Shown one piece after another: positions 38,401-50,482 of a DNA stretch of 64,000 nucleotides (the stretch's first letter is position 1; each line of letters starts with the position of its first letter). The notes under the pieces are model-generated. The model was not told the DNA's origin and made no database searches. It was given only the letters and a program-made list of their open reading frames with translations. Location: the NCBI RefSeq assembly GCF_037042905.1, contig NC_087263.1, positions 12,402,001 to 12,466,000 of the forward strand, read 5' to 3'. Both the position numbers and the translations under genes were made by a program. This DNA is from Lytechinus pictus. Its lineage: Eukaryota.

Positions 38401-39601
38401 CCCCTATGGGGATTGTGAACTGTAGGAAAAATCGTATAAAATTACACTTTTTGATATTTCTACGAAGACGAAGTTATATAGAAAATGAAGAATATTACAA
38501 TCAGACCATATCCCTAGAAAATTGCTTCAAGAAATGTCATTATGAAGAGGAAATGGACAAAAATTTGTGAAGAAAAATCACGAAAAAGGAAATCGCATCA
38601 TGAATATTCATATCATGGGCGGTCCCACATTTGCATGTTATAGCGAGTTTTCCATTATTTAATAAATAATGGCATTATTTAATAAATAAGGGCATTATTT
38701 AATAAATAATGGTTATTTGTATATAAATAATGATTATTTGTATATAATGGCAAACTGTAAAAATTGTTTATAAATAATGATTAATGGGCTATTGAAACAA
38801 AATTATTATTTATAAATTATGAAGTAGATATTTCATTATTTAACAAATAATCTTTATTTATAAATAATGGAAAACTCGAACATTAAATAATGATTATTTA
38901 TAAATAATGAGAATAATGGTGCACTCGAAAAAATTATTTATAAATAATGAAGTAGACGTTTTCATTATTTAACAAATAATCATTATTTATAAATAATGGA
39001 AAACTCAACAAATTATTTATAAATAATGAAAAACAAATAATCATTATTTATAAATAATGAAAAACAAATAATCATTATTTGTAAATAATGAAAAACAAAT
39101 AATCATTATTTATAAATAATGAAAAACCAATTATCATTATTTATAAATAATGAAAAACAAATAATCATTATTTATAAATAATGAAAAACAAATAATCATT
39201 ATTTGTAAATAATGAAAAACAAATAATCATTATTTATAAATAATGAAAAACAAATAATCATTATTTATAAATAATGAAAAACAAATAATCATTATTTGTA
39301 AATAATGACAAACAAATAATCATTATTTATAAATAATGAAAAACAAATAATCATTATTTATAAATAATGAAAAACAAATAATCATTATTTATAAATAATG
39401 GAATGTCGAACTATTATTATTTACAAATAATGAAGTATTACTTGGAATTATATATAAATAATTAGAAATGATATTTTATATAATAGTAGTTATTTACAAA
39501 TAAAATGTAAATTATATATAAATAATAGTTATTATTTAATAAATAATGATTATATAACAAATAATTGTTCTATATAATATTGGTACATTCGGCGCCTCAT
39601 A
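35431..39601. mobile_element. 4171-bp non-autonomous foldback transposon with ~1.9-kb TIRs (IS3EU-like termini)
   Basis: Begins TATGAGGCGCCGAATGTACCAATATTATATAG and ends with its exact reverse complement. 6-bp TSD GGCGTC (35425-35430, 39602-39607). Arms ~35431-37372 and ~37707-39601. No transposase ORF. Confidence 0.9.
35632..36020 (+). repeat. 31-bp subterminal tandem array, 12 full units (mirrored at ~39012-39400)
   Basis: Unit CATTATTTATAAATAATGATTATTTGTTTTT, containing the 18-bp palindrome CATTATTTATAAATAATG. Confidence 0.95.
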
Positions 39602-39676
39602 GGCGTCTGATTAAACTGCCAAGGTCTAACTCTGTGTTATAATTTTGAGAAGCCACAAATACCGAACTTGTGTTAA

Positions 39677-39946
39677 CCTGGTCGTACGCAGAATTCCAGC
39701 CCCCCCCCCCCCCCCCCCCGCTCGCTCGCTCGCCGGGCGGGCAAGACGCATAACCAATTTGAAAGAAAAAGATCAAAAGCGGGAGGGCGAAGCGATCGAG
39801 CTTGTCTTCGGGGCACTTCTGCATTTTCTAAAGTGAAATTGAAGGGTTTTGTGCAGATTTTCAGTAAAAGAAAACTGTAAATTTTCACATTTTCGGGAAA
39901 GGGAGGGGGCAACTGCCCACCTGCCCCAAGGCTGCGTACGACCATG
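39677..39946. mobile_element. hAT-like MITE related to the foldback's central units
   Basis: TIRs C(C/A)TGGTCGTACGCAG. It shares GCGAAGCGA..AGCTTGTC..GGGCACTT..AAAGTGAAAT with the foldback's inner arm. Confidence 0.65.
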
Positions 39947-40879
39947 TACATTGTTGAAGAGGTACGTTTACTGTGCTCTTTTATCGTGCTATAATGGCGA
40001 AGAAAACTAATTATATTTCTTATTCCCAAACAGTTTATGAATGACCTGAGTATGAGATTAGCTTTTGAATTTATAATGTAGGCATAATCATTCAAATTAC
40101 TCTGTCCGTTTTGATATGAAAAACATTCTCAGAAAATAAAATCAAAGAATAATTATAGTCCTCAATGAGCTGGTTAATATAGTACAAATAACTGTCGGTT
40201 AAAAAAATTGCTTCTTAAACTAATACGGAGTGTGTTTAACCAACAGTTGGTTAGTTTCATATTTTAACCATTTTGATAGGTTGGTTAAAACATTTCTGAG
40301 GGTATGAAGACTATCAAAGTTTCCTTAAAACTATGGAAAAGGTGTGATATTGTATTGGAACTTTTAAATCTTAAGACAGTGCTGACGACACAAACATTTG
40401 ATTTCACAAAATTATTCACAAATCTCCCGCAAAGTAGCCACTGCTTTTCAAGTAAAACACAGGAAATTGTGAGGCACACGTTTGAGGAACTTTAAGTGTT
40501 TGTGGTGTTTGCGAGATTTTCTGTTTAACTAATGCAGTCTGATGGTGATTTAACCACGAGTGCTTGTAGAAGTACTTATCCTACTTGTATAAAATCAATT
40601 ATTGTTCGGTCTAAGTAGGCTTCGCGGAGCGGGAACAGCGCACCACATTCGCCGTGGCGCTCCCGGGGCAGTTGACCCTTTCGATTCTCCAATAACCTAA
40701 AAGAAAGAATAACACTCCACAGCTTTACGGTTTCCTTTAACCTTTCAATCTACATGCAGCCCCACCAGCGGAACCGACTCCAGACCGATGGTATATACAT
40801 TATTTCAAAACGTATATATTATCGGTCTGTTTTGAATCAGTTTCGCTGCATGGTGTGCCTGTAGTCATGGTAGTATTAA

Positions 40880-41622
40880 CCCTAAAAGGACTTGGGGGCA
40901 TGATGTCCCCCCCCCTTCAACGCTTCGCGCGATATTTCCGAAATGCAAAAAGATGGCGCTGTGAAGTTTTATGACTTTCTTCTTTGAAGTCTCGCGCAAC
41001 TTTTGAGACCAAAGTCGCGACAGCATCGCGACGCCACATGACTTTTTTACGAGAACATGTCATGCCGAAACTGGCTCATTTATATACAAAGTCTACAGGA
41101 GATGAAGTTCATAAAAGGGTGATCATTTTTCATTCTCATTGTTCTGCTTAATTAATTAAGGGTTTCATTTGGTTGTTAAATGGTGTGTAATAATTTCCAC
41201 TGAAAAAAAAAACAATGAAAAACAAAATAATGAAAAACAAAGAAATACATAAGAAATTAAAAAAAAAGAGAAATACATGAGAAAAAAATGGCTTTTACAA
41301 TTTTTCTCAGTGTGAAAGGTTAAAATTAGAATAAAAAGATGACATCTGGAAAAAAGGAAGACAATATGAAGTGAAATTTGGTGTTTAATATGCAAATAAC
41401 GTTTTCACGAATAAATTTGCATATTTCATTCATAATAAATAGAAAAATAATTACTTTCAGATTTTCTATACTGGCTTGTAGTTTGTGGTAAAGAAAGTGT
41501 GTGCCAAATGTTGGTGCGATCGCGCTGACGGCGGCCGTGAATCAGAGGGGGGGGGGGGGGTAGGTCATCATGCATGCCCTCCCGTCCTCAATCACATCTC
41601 AAATAGCCCAGTCATTTTAGGG
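40880..41622. mobile_element. piggyBac-type non-autonomous element
   Basis: TTAA TSD (40876-40879, 41623-41626) and TIRs CCCTAAAA(G/T)GACT(T/G)GG. Confidence 0.85.
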
Positions 41623-44600
41623 TTAAGATGGAACAGTCACACCAACGAAACGGATTCCTAATCGATCGATGGTGTCTCACGCATTGTAAATAACGTCATA
41701 GATGTGATCGGAATGGAGTTTTGTTGTGTCGTGTGACTGACCCATTCGCTTCCCTCAGGGGCTGCACCAGTGTATTTTGATGGTGACGGAAGGGGGGGGG
41801 GGCAAGACTTGGCCTACGTTGTTCATCAAAAAGTGTACTGTACATATAGAACCACACTTGTCATTTTACTCGGTGTTATTCACTGCCTTAATTCAACATC
41901 AGGTACCATGACATTTTCTCCGGCGACAATATTGCTCCTCTGTAAATTTCAGAGTTATGGGATGACCGGTTCCATGACATATTTTGCTCCGGCGACAATT
42001 GCCCCGCTCTAATCCACATACTAATCGAATGACCAACTTCAACCCTGGGTGTAACGCGATACCCTACCCTAAACCTATATAACCTAACCCTATTACCCTG
42101 ATCCTACATCATAGACGAAATTAAGCCCGGAGCAATTGTAGCAGGAGCAAATGTCGTGTCACCGCCCTGACCAACTTCCACCTTCCACCCCAATCTTTAC
42201 AATTTACAGTATCCATACATCTTCTAGAAAACATATATAAATAATATGGGCATCTCGTGCCCCTTTTCTGTGCGATGTATGTGAAATATAGGGAACATGT
42301 TCATATCTTCATTTGATTTCGTTGATTTCGATTAAGCACTGCACTATGTTATTCAGTATGAGGAATAGATGATTTTTTTGTTAAATAATTTCACATTAAA
42401 AAGAAATGTATGTGTTTTATTGAGGAATCACAAGAAAATGCGATATTCACAAAGATACATATTAACAAGGTTAAAAGGATTCAAAGTTAGGCCTAAATAC
42501 TAGTTGTGGTAGTGATCTCAAAATGCATGAGTTCGAACAGAATCCAATACAATTATTACCACTAAAATAAAAAAATATGTGCCAAATGACTCTGGAAGAA
42601 AATAAGTAATTGCTGAGAAATGAGCAAAATAAGAACGGAATTCCATCAAAATAATTTTGTCTGGTACTTTTCGAAGCAATATTAATACACTGTCCCACAT
42701 GTGCTTTTCTGTGTTAGTGATCATCATAATTCTCGATTTTGAGGTTAGATTTCATGATTTTACAAAGATAAGTTTACATTAATGTACCAGATCTACATGT
42801 ATGATAATATTTTGACTATTAACCTTGATTTAAAAGACGTTCTCATGAAATAATTGTTTGCTGCAACTACTGTCTTTTACCTTAAATTTGAATCATAATT
42901 GGAAATGATACCGTATGTTGATTCAGGCCGGCGCATATGCCTGTATAGCACCAAATGCACTTTATCCTCAACCACTGCCCACTATGAAACACGAGTCGAT
43001 ACCCAACCTTCTACCATATGTCCAAGGTACGGAAATAACTTCCCGTCGACAATTACGACCTTTAATTGAAGCACTGGAAACAAACGAAGAGGATGCTATA
43101 TAGATACATGTATATCGGGTAAGGCTGTTGGGGGTAATATCAGAAGGCGGAAGTTATCCGGTCCCGCCAAAAATAGCCCGCGCTCAATTTGGCCCTCGCA
43201 ATGTCAACATGGTTTTAATTATCTGTCATGCCTGTTGCTATAATACATGATATATATTCGTTGTGTATTGACACCAGATTGATAACATCTTGGAATGGCC
43301 TGGCGATTCCGCTGTCACAGTGCATCGGCAGACCACTGTCTATGTATGATGTGTTGAGCGTCAAAAGGAGTGAACTTTGATTTACACGGCTCTGTTTTCT
43401 TATGGTGGCCAATCTCTGCCTCTTTGATAATAATTACCTGGGTGACTCGAGGGTGAATATAGGGTACCTTTGGGGTGATTTTTGTTTTGTTAAACCTTCC
43501 ACGACGACATGACTATGGCGTTTTCTCGCCCATCCTCTGTAGCTGATAATCACGTGACCTTAGTAATTGTGACGTAATAAACCACACTAAACCGTGAAAT
43601 TATGTTTTATTTCTAGGTTCTTTTTTCCTTTTTCGTTTGTTGATTATTATTATTATCATCATCATCATCACCATCATCATCATCACCACCACTACCACCA
43701 TCATCATCATCACCACCATCATCATTATCACCACCATCTTTATCATCTCTCCCACCTCTCTCTCCCTTTCTTCCTACTATTTTATATTTTTGGGGCGGAT
43801 AGGGTATATAGTACCAACACGAGAATGGGCATTTGAATATGTCAACATTTTAAAACTATATGCCTTACAATGAATGGCGATACTGTAGAAGGGGGACAAT
43901 CATGACAAGGGGTATACTGTAGTGATAAGAATAAAATGTTAGACTAAGAGGAGGAAAAAGCGGAAGGGAAATGAGGAAAGAATAAAGGAACTAATGTCGT
44001 AAATATCCCTATTTTTACGGAGAAATAATGTCTTGTTCCTTCTGTAGCTGCATAACAATCCAATTAAAATGGTATTAGGTACATGTTTATCATAATTATG
44101 CGTTGCTTAAAGTAAGCCAAGCTAACTGTAAAAACGGAAGAAGAAAAAAAAACAATGCAAAACAAATAATAAGATTTTTTAATCTGTACTTTGTTATGTT
44201 AAAACGGTAAATTTCATTTCTAACATGGCCTTATTATTCTACCATATGGAATTTTATACAGAGGAGGATGTTGAGCATTTATTTGCGTGCATTTTATCTT
44301 CTCTCTTTTCAGTTGAAGATGTTCAAAGTAGGCCGTGTTATATATTCATAATGATAAATGTTAGTGGTTTTATAGACCATATTCATTGGTTTTAAAGCCG
44401 AGCTTTTCTTGCTTAGTGTGGGATTGCTATTTAAAGGCAATTCGGTTATCACTTACATCACAACCTAAACCATGTTGAGGATAATTTATTTGCAAAATGT
44501 TAATTCGTGATAGTAGTGATAATGACTATTCCAATAGTCCTCTTTTTAATATGAAATTTCAATATTCTTTATAATCCTCAAACTTTCCATCTCCGAAGGA

Positions 44601-44932
44601 TGTTTTATCATACTAATAATATTTATTTATATATTTTTATGAAAATCATGTGCCATACATTCATCGATAAAAAATGTAATTTCTTACATCATGACGCATA
44701 TCTAGAAGAAAATAATAGCGAAAATAGAGAAAATATTTCATACAACCACTTTTATATTAACAGGGAAAATACATACTCTGTATGATCAGAAGGGGGCCTA
44801 TACACTAATGTATCCCCCCCCCAAAAAAAAAAAGTCGCATGAATAAAAGCCGTTTTAACGTATACTTGTTGCTGTCTAAGTAAGATTAAGCTTTCAGTTG
44901 GATAATCATGACTAATGCTGACTAACGTTGTA

Positions 44933-45181
44933 CACTGTGAAAAATATTGGATAAACTTTTTACCACCACGAGGGTAATTAAGTATCCAACAAATTTGGGG
45001 CAGTATTTTACCCAATGCGAGAAGCATATTGTCCAGTAAGGTTAAACAATCAGCAGCAATTACTTTAGAATGGGCAAAATTTTCATCACACTGAAATAAA
45101 AATGCCCAACAGAAATGGCCAATGTTGGTTGGACACATAATTACTCATGGAGCACTTTTACCTAATGTGTTTTTTAGAGTG
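44933..45181. mobile_element. CACT-terminated MITE with TA TSD (reverse copy 60353-60606)
   Basis: CACTGTGAAAAATATTGG..TTTTTAGAGTG flanked by TA. The body matches the reverse complement of 60353-60606. Confidence 0.8.
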
Positions 45182-46149
45182 TACTCTACAAATTAGTAGC
45201 ATATGTAGGCACTTTACATTTCTTGCGTAAAAATGGGATATAAAAATAAATTTATTTGTGCATTTCGTTTTGATTTATTCATCAGGGTAATCCCGTCAGT
45301 GAACTAAGCACCTTTTTTCTTGAGAGCCTTGCAAAAGGACAAGACCAAAATTAATATATGTAATAATTTACAAACAATGAACAACTAAACCAAGGAGAAA
45401 ATATTTATAAAGACAACCGATCCACCAGATACAATTCAACTTAAAGTTAGATAATGATAATTCATGTCGACATACGTTAATGTACAGCCACACAACAAAT
45501 ACATATAGGCCCTGTAGAATGTGTACGTTAATTGCTATCTGAATTAGATATTAAATCACCTATAAGACGATCATGAATTGATGCTCTAGACTTAGAGCTC
45601 TTCTGCACCTGCCATGGTTTTTGATATACCTCAAATTCCATTGCCATGATCGGTGACCCCCCCCCCCCCCCGTGGAATGTACTTTCTCAAATTGCAAATG
45701 TTGTACAATCGTCTATGGGAGAGGGTCGTTTCGCCCCCCCCCCCCCGACCAAAAAAAATCACCGTGCATGCCCAAAAGTTAGCAGTCGATATTCTTAAGT
45801 TTAGATATTATAATCTTTGCGATATGCAAGTTTGTGACTTTTCTAAAGTTTATTTGAAGAATTTCAGTTTCATTTCGAGATGATTGAGAAATAAATACGT
45901 CACCATATTTAGGTTTTATATAAAAGAATAGGACCTATTATAATTATGGAGGTACTGGTATTACTAATGTTAGACTGGTAAGGTGGTTACCATCATGTTT
46001 TAGATCTGACCTCTCTATATGTGACAAAAATAGCAATTTTATGACTGGCAATCCAATCCCCAAAGCAGAAAAACCTTTCACCACCTTTTCATCAAGATCT
46101 ATTTATAAACGAGTCGAGTTATATAGAGTCGGAATAGTACACCACGCCC

Positions 46150-46410
46150 ACTCAATCCCGCTAGACGGTGGCTTAATAAAGAATGCATGTCGCCGAAAAT
46201 AGACGCGGCGGGGAGAGCGGAAGAGAGAGGGAGAAAAGGAGCGATGCAAACTGCTTCCTGCCGAGTCTTGCATGGGGAAGCGGAAGACAGCTAAGCGGTG
46301 CATTCGGCGCGGCCGGTGCGGTGTGTTTGACGAGTTATTTATAGCGGGGTGTTTGTTGATGGGCATGCTGGCGTCTAAAGTGTTGGATGGATAAGGGTTT
46401 GGATTGGACG
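46150..46410 (-). promoter_or_regulatory. Candidate TATA/CCAAT promoter and CpG-rich 5' leader firing leftward
   Basis: Minus-strand TATAAATA (46343-46336), CCAAT (46407-46403), CpG-dense unique sequence downstream with a CT-rich leader, and poly-G/GA tracts upstream. Confidence 0.45.
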
Positions 46411-49400
46411 TAGGGAGAGAGATGGGGGGGGGGGGGTGGAAACAAACACAAACAAAGGTTTAATGAGAGAGAGAGGGAGGGGAGGGGGGGGGGGGGTCAG
46501 ACACAAGCACTAGAGTAGAATGTCTAGAGGCAAGTTAATGAATGACAAGAGATTGAGAGGCTTATGGTTCAGATGGTAGCCGAGGCGATGAGAGTGTGAG
46601 AGCAACTTGAATATCAAAATACTTAAATATTTATTCTTAACTTATGTAACATCGTAATATACCCCTTCGTGACAGGCCTAACTACCCCATTCTTCCATTC
46701 AAATATAATTATGGTTAGGGAATAGGCACGATCTTAAAACTTGCCCCCCCCCCCCTTTCTAGAGGGGTCTGGAGAGATTTTGAAAATATACATTGAGGGG
46801 ACTCACGCTTCATAAATTCTGAGCAATGTAAGAACGCAAAGCGAGCGTGCAAAAAACGCCAACCTTTTCCTTAAAACCTGCATCACTCAGTGATAAAAAA
46901 GATGGTAGCAGTGGTTATAGTTTAGGACATTCAGGCGGCAATTTTTAATGAAAACTTTATATACTTCTTGATAATTACTCAGTACCATAAGTTATGACAA
47001 TCACCAATAAAGAAAAGAAAAGAAACATAATCACTAAATTAACTTTTGTTACCAAATCTGTATTATTATTTTTTCGTCACAGGGGCTCCCAATTCCCCCC
47101 ATAATTTGGTGACAGATATCACCAGATACATGGTCGTTTAGATGGGACCCGCGGCAATCCTAAATTATTGAGTAATTCCAATACTCAAACCAATGTAACA
47201 GTAGAGAGCTAGTGATAATCACGAAGCACTAGTTTCCCTCTAAAAAAAATTGATGAAAAAATTGAGTATAGAATAACCATTATTGGGTTTTACGTGCTGG
47301 CGAGTTTGTTGGTTTGAAATACATGTATAAGGTTACATTTTCTAACAGAACTGGCGTTGTTTTATCAAAAACAATTCTATATCCCTCTCTAAACAATATA
47401 GGCTTTTAAAAAAATGCCCTAAAACCCAACCTGTCGAATTCCTATAAGCTTTATTTTTAGAGATAACGAATCCCGATTTAGAATCCGACCTTTTTTCTTT
47501 TGATAGATTGTCTCTCTTGAAAGCTCAGCAGAAACGTAGATATCCGCTTTCTTCGAATCGATAATAAATTGGAATTCAGGGTGAAACGAGCTCTTCATGC
47601 CATGCAGGCGCTGTATAATCGGTTTTCAACTTGGTAGAGCGGAGAGCTATTTTTTCCTAAGAAATTTTCTTTCCGGTGAAGTACATAGTTACTCTGGAGC
47701 TTATGCTTCAAGACAGAAAGCTGTGGTTGGTAATTGGGAATACAATGAATATTCATGTTCTTATAATGGACGCGATTTTGTATGAAAAATTACATGAAAA
47801 ACCAATTGATACAGCGTGGTAACTTTTTCCCATGGCGCAGAAAGTCTTTTCGTGCGCATTCGCGTTGTTCTCTGAAGTACTACTCTCCTATAAGATACCA
47901 CCCTACAATGAGAACTCCCTGGCTGACGTAGTTTTTTTCTGAACATGACTGTAAAACCTGAAGATGGAATGCGGTAGCGTTCGCCCATGCGCAGATAGAC
48001 TTTTCGTGCCAATTCTCGTTGTTCTCTTGTACTACCATCCTCTAACATACCGCCCTATGACGAAAACTTCCTAATTATCGGAAGGTGTGTCCACATCTAC
48101 CGTAGATGACTGAAGGTCTTTTTTTTTTAAATACCACGTTAAATTGTCAAAATCAGAATGAGTCAATTTATTTTTGTAGAGGTAGGGGGTGCAAAATAAT
48201 ATAGAATAAAGTTTGATAAGGATTGTGAAAGACTTCCCTCACATAACACCACTTCTACTCTACATGATTATAGAGAAAACGAGTTTGTATATCCATGGAC
48301 CTTTGTGGTACACTGTAAAAACGCTGTTTTAAATGTTAAGCACGTTGCTTAAGCCCGTCACTCTAACAACTTTTGTTTATTTTTTTTAAACAACTGCTTA
48401 AACTTTTAAACAACTTTACAAAAAAAAGTTTAAACAACTTGTTGTTAGAGTGACAGGCTTAAACAGCGTGCTATTTTTTTTTTACTGTGTTATAGGGTAC
48501 ATGGTATATCAAGCTAAAGAACTACTGAACTTCCGTATCACGATTTTCGTCTTTTTGTAAATAATTGTTGTAAAGCTAATCGGATATAGAATGGTTGAAA
48601 TGAACGGGGTATGAGGTTTTAACTACACTTCTCTCACCTGTAGCATCTTTGAATTCTCTTCTTTTTTTTTTTATGTTGAGGCTAGACTAAACAATTGGAA
48701 TGATAGGACAGATCACCAAAGATTGAATGCAATTGGTACTGAAGTACGAGATAAATCTTCAGTAATAAACTCACCCCGATTGACTTTTGGCAGTATATCT
48801 CCCCTTTTCAATCTTTATTCACTCGTTTACCGACCATTTTTGTTGTAGCCGACTCTCAAATAATCTTGTTTGCGTTGTTTCGCGGGGGTTTCATGAAAGT
48901 ATTAATCTTAATCGGTAAATATAATCGAGGGCTTTAACAGTTTAAACCCATCTGATCAATTCCTAGCAAATTATCTCTCGCTTTAAAAAAATCATAAAAA
49001 TGTTGGTATAGAAAAAAAAACGTATATATGCTTCCCCATATCTTTCATCTTTTGCACATAACCTGGTATACATTAATATCATAAATTGTACCATGGCTTA
49101 GAGGGAAAAGCTGCACCATAAATTGCTCGCCATTTTCCTGCAATTTCCTCTTAACCCCGACAGTAATAAATTTGATTTAAGATTTTCCGCAACCGGTCTT
49201 ATTCTCCCATTCAAACGTCTCGAGTCATTCCTTTGAACCCATAACAGATATCAATTTCACCGGCACTGAAAATAAAACTTGAGATTGGTACTATTTTTAG
49301 ATCGCGCAGAGCGCGGGTAAACATCAAATTGATTTTGAACACTAAGTGCAATCTCCTACAATAAATTATATTAAAAAGCATTGCAGCATTGCCCTATATA

Positions 49401-49783
49401 CATTGCTGTGCTCCCATACATTCATATTTCCCATGTTAGCTTGAATGTAGTAGGCCTAAATGTGCGCCATTTTTTCTATGATCAGAGTGCAAAATAAGAA
49501 ATAAATAAACAAGTGGAAGATTTGTTTGTAAGTAATAAAAAAATACAGCAGCTGTTAAAAATGTAATACAACGCTGTTCACTATATGGACTTTACAGTAG
49601 GCTTAGTTGTTTAACAGTTCATACAACCATGCTTGATTAATTACATATCAAGAAATGATTACATTTTTTTTTAACTCTTGTGTTTCAACCGTATATCACA
49701 AACTACATGTACTGAAAAGTTTATGTAGTAGTCCCATTATAAAAAATTTAACAGCGTTTTCACTTTCGGTTTATTAAACGTTG

Positions 49784-49949
49784 CAGGGGCCGCGGAACGG
49801 TTTTCAAAGTGGAAGGGGGGGGGGGGGGCTGACCATGCAAAAAATCACAATCATATGGTCATTTATACGTGTTTGTATAAGGTTTTGGAAGAAAGTGGGG
49901 GGGGGGGGGGGGGAGGGGGCTGAAGCCCCCCTCGCTTCCGCGGCCCCTG
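49784..49949. mobile_element. CAGGGGCCGCGGAA MITE with 5-bp TSD
   Basis: 14-bp TIR; CGTTG is duplicated on both flanks. Confidence 0.8.
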
Positions 49950-50301
49950 CGTTGCATAAGTCATTACCTGATACGAATAATTTCTATGAGAATTACTTGA
50001 ATAAATATTAAAAGAAAATTAATATTACTTGAATAAATATTAAAAGAAAAATGACTAGAAAATATTGTAATGTGAAATCTGATGATTTTGTTCTCTATTC
50101 CTTTATGTAAAGGTTCTTTAATCTAAAATAAGATGAAAAAGAAAATCCCCTGTAAGCAGGGGGTCATCTTCATTGAAAGACATGATTGAAGTGTTTATAA
50201 ATGGACAGGAATATAATCAACGCCAAACTCAAGTACCAAAACACATTACAACACAGTAAATGATGAGCCAAGTGCATACTTGTGTGCCATCAGTGGTTGC
50301 C

Positions 50302-50482
50302 GAGGGGGAAATTCTAATGACACCTTAGTTCGTGGTTCAGCTCTCCCTGCGGTAGCTCGAGGGGAAAATGCTAATGACACCTTAGTTCGTGGTTCAGCCC
50401 TCCTTTCCATGCCTGCGGTAACTCGAGGGGGAAATTCTAATGACACCTTAGTTCGTGGTTCAGTTCTCTCTGCGGTAACTTG
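50302..50482 (+). repeat. Three tandem 57-66-bp units
   Basis: Core GAGGGG(G/A)AAAT(T/G)CTAATGACACCTTAGTTCGTGGTTCAG at 50302, 50359 and 50425. Confidence 0.95.

Noticed and set aside
35431..39601. Polinton, or a read-foldback artefact
   Set aside because: There are no AG-type termini or genes. The exact TSD, different unique flanks and small arm differences argue for a real insertion.
40620..40670. HDV-like ribozyme suggested by GGCGAATG on the minus strand
   Set aside because: It forms only a simple hairpin with no room for a nested double pseudoknot, and is probably a transposon interior.
42915..43103. 62-aa ORF as a host exon
   Set aside because: No recognisable motif or convincing splice-site pair.
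50302..50482. CRISPR-like array or hammerhead repeat
   Set aside because: The context is eukaryotic, the linkers are short and related to each other, there are no cas genes, and CTAATGA breaks the CUGANGA core.
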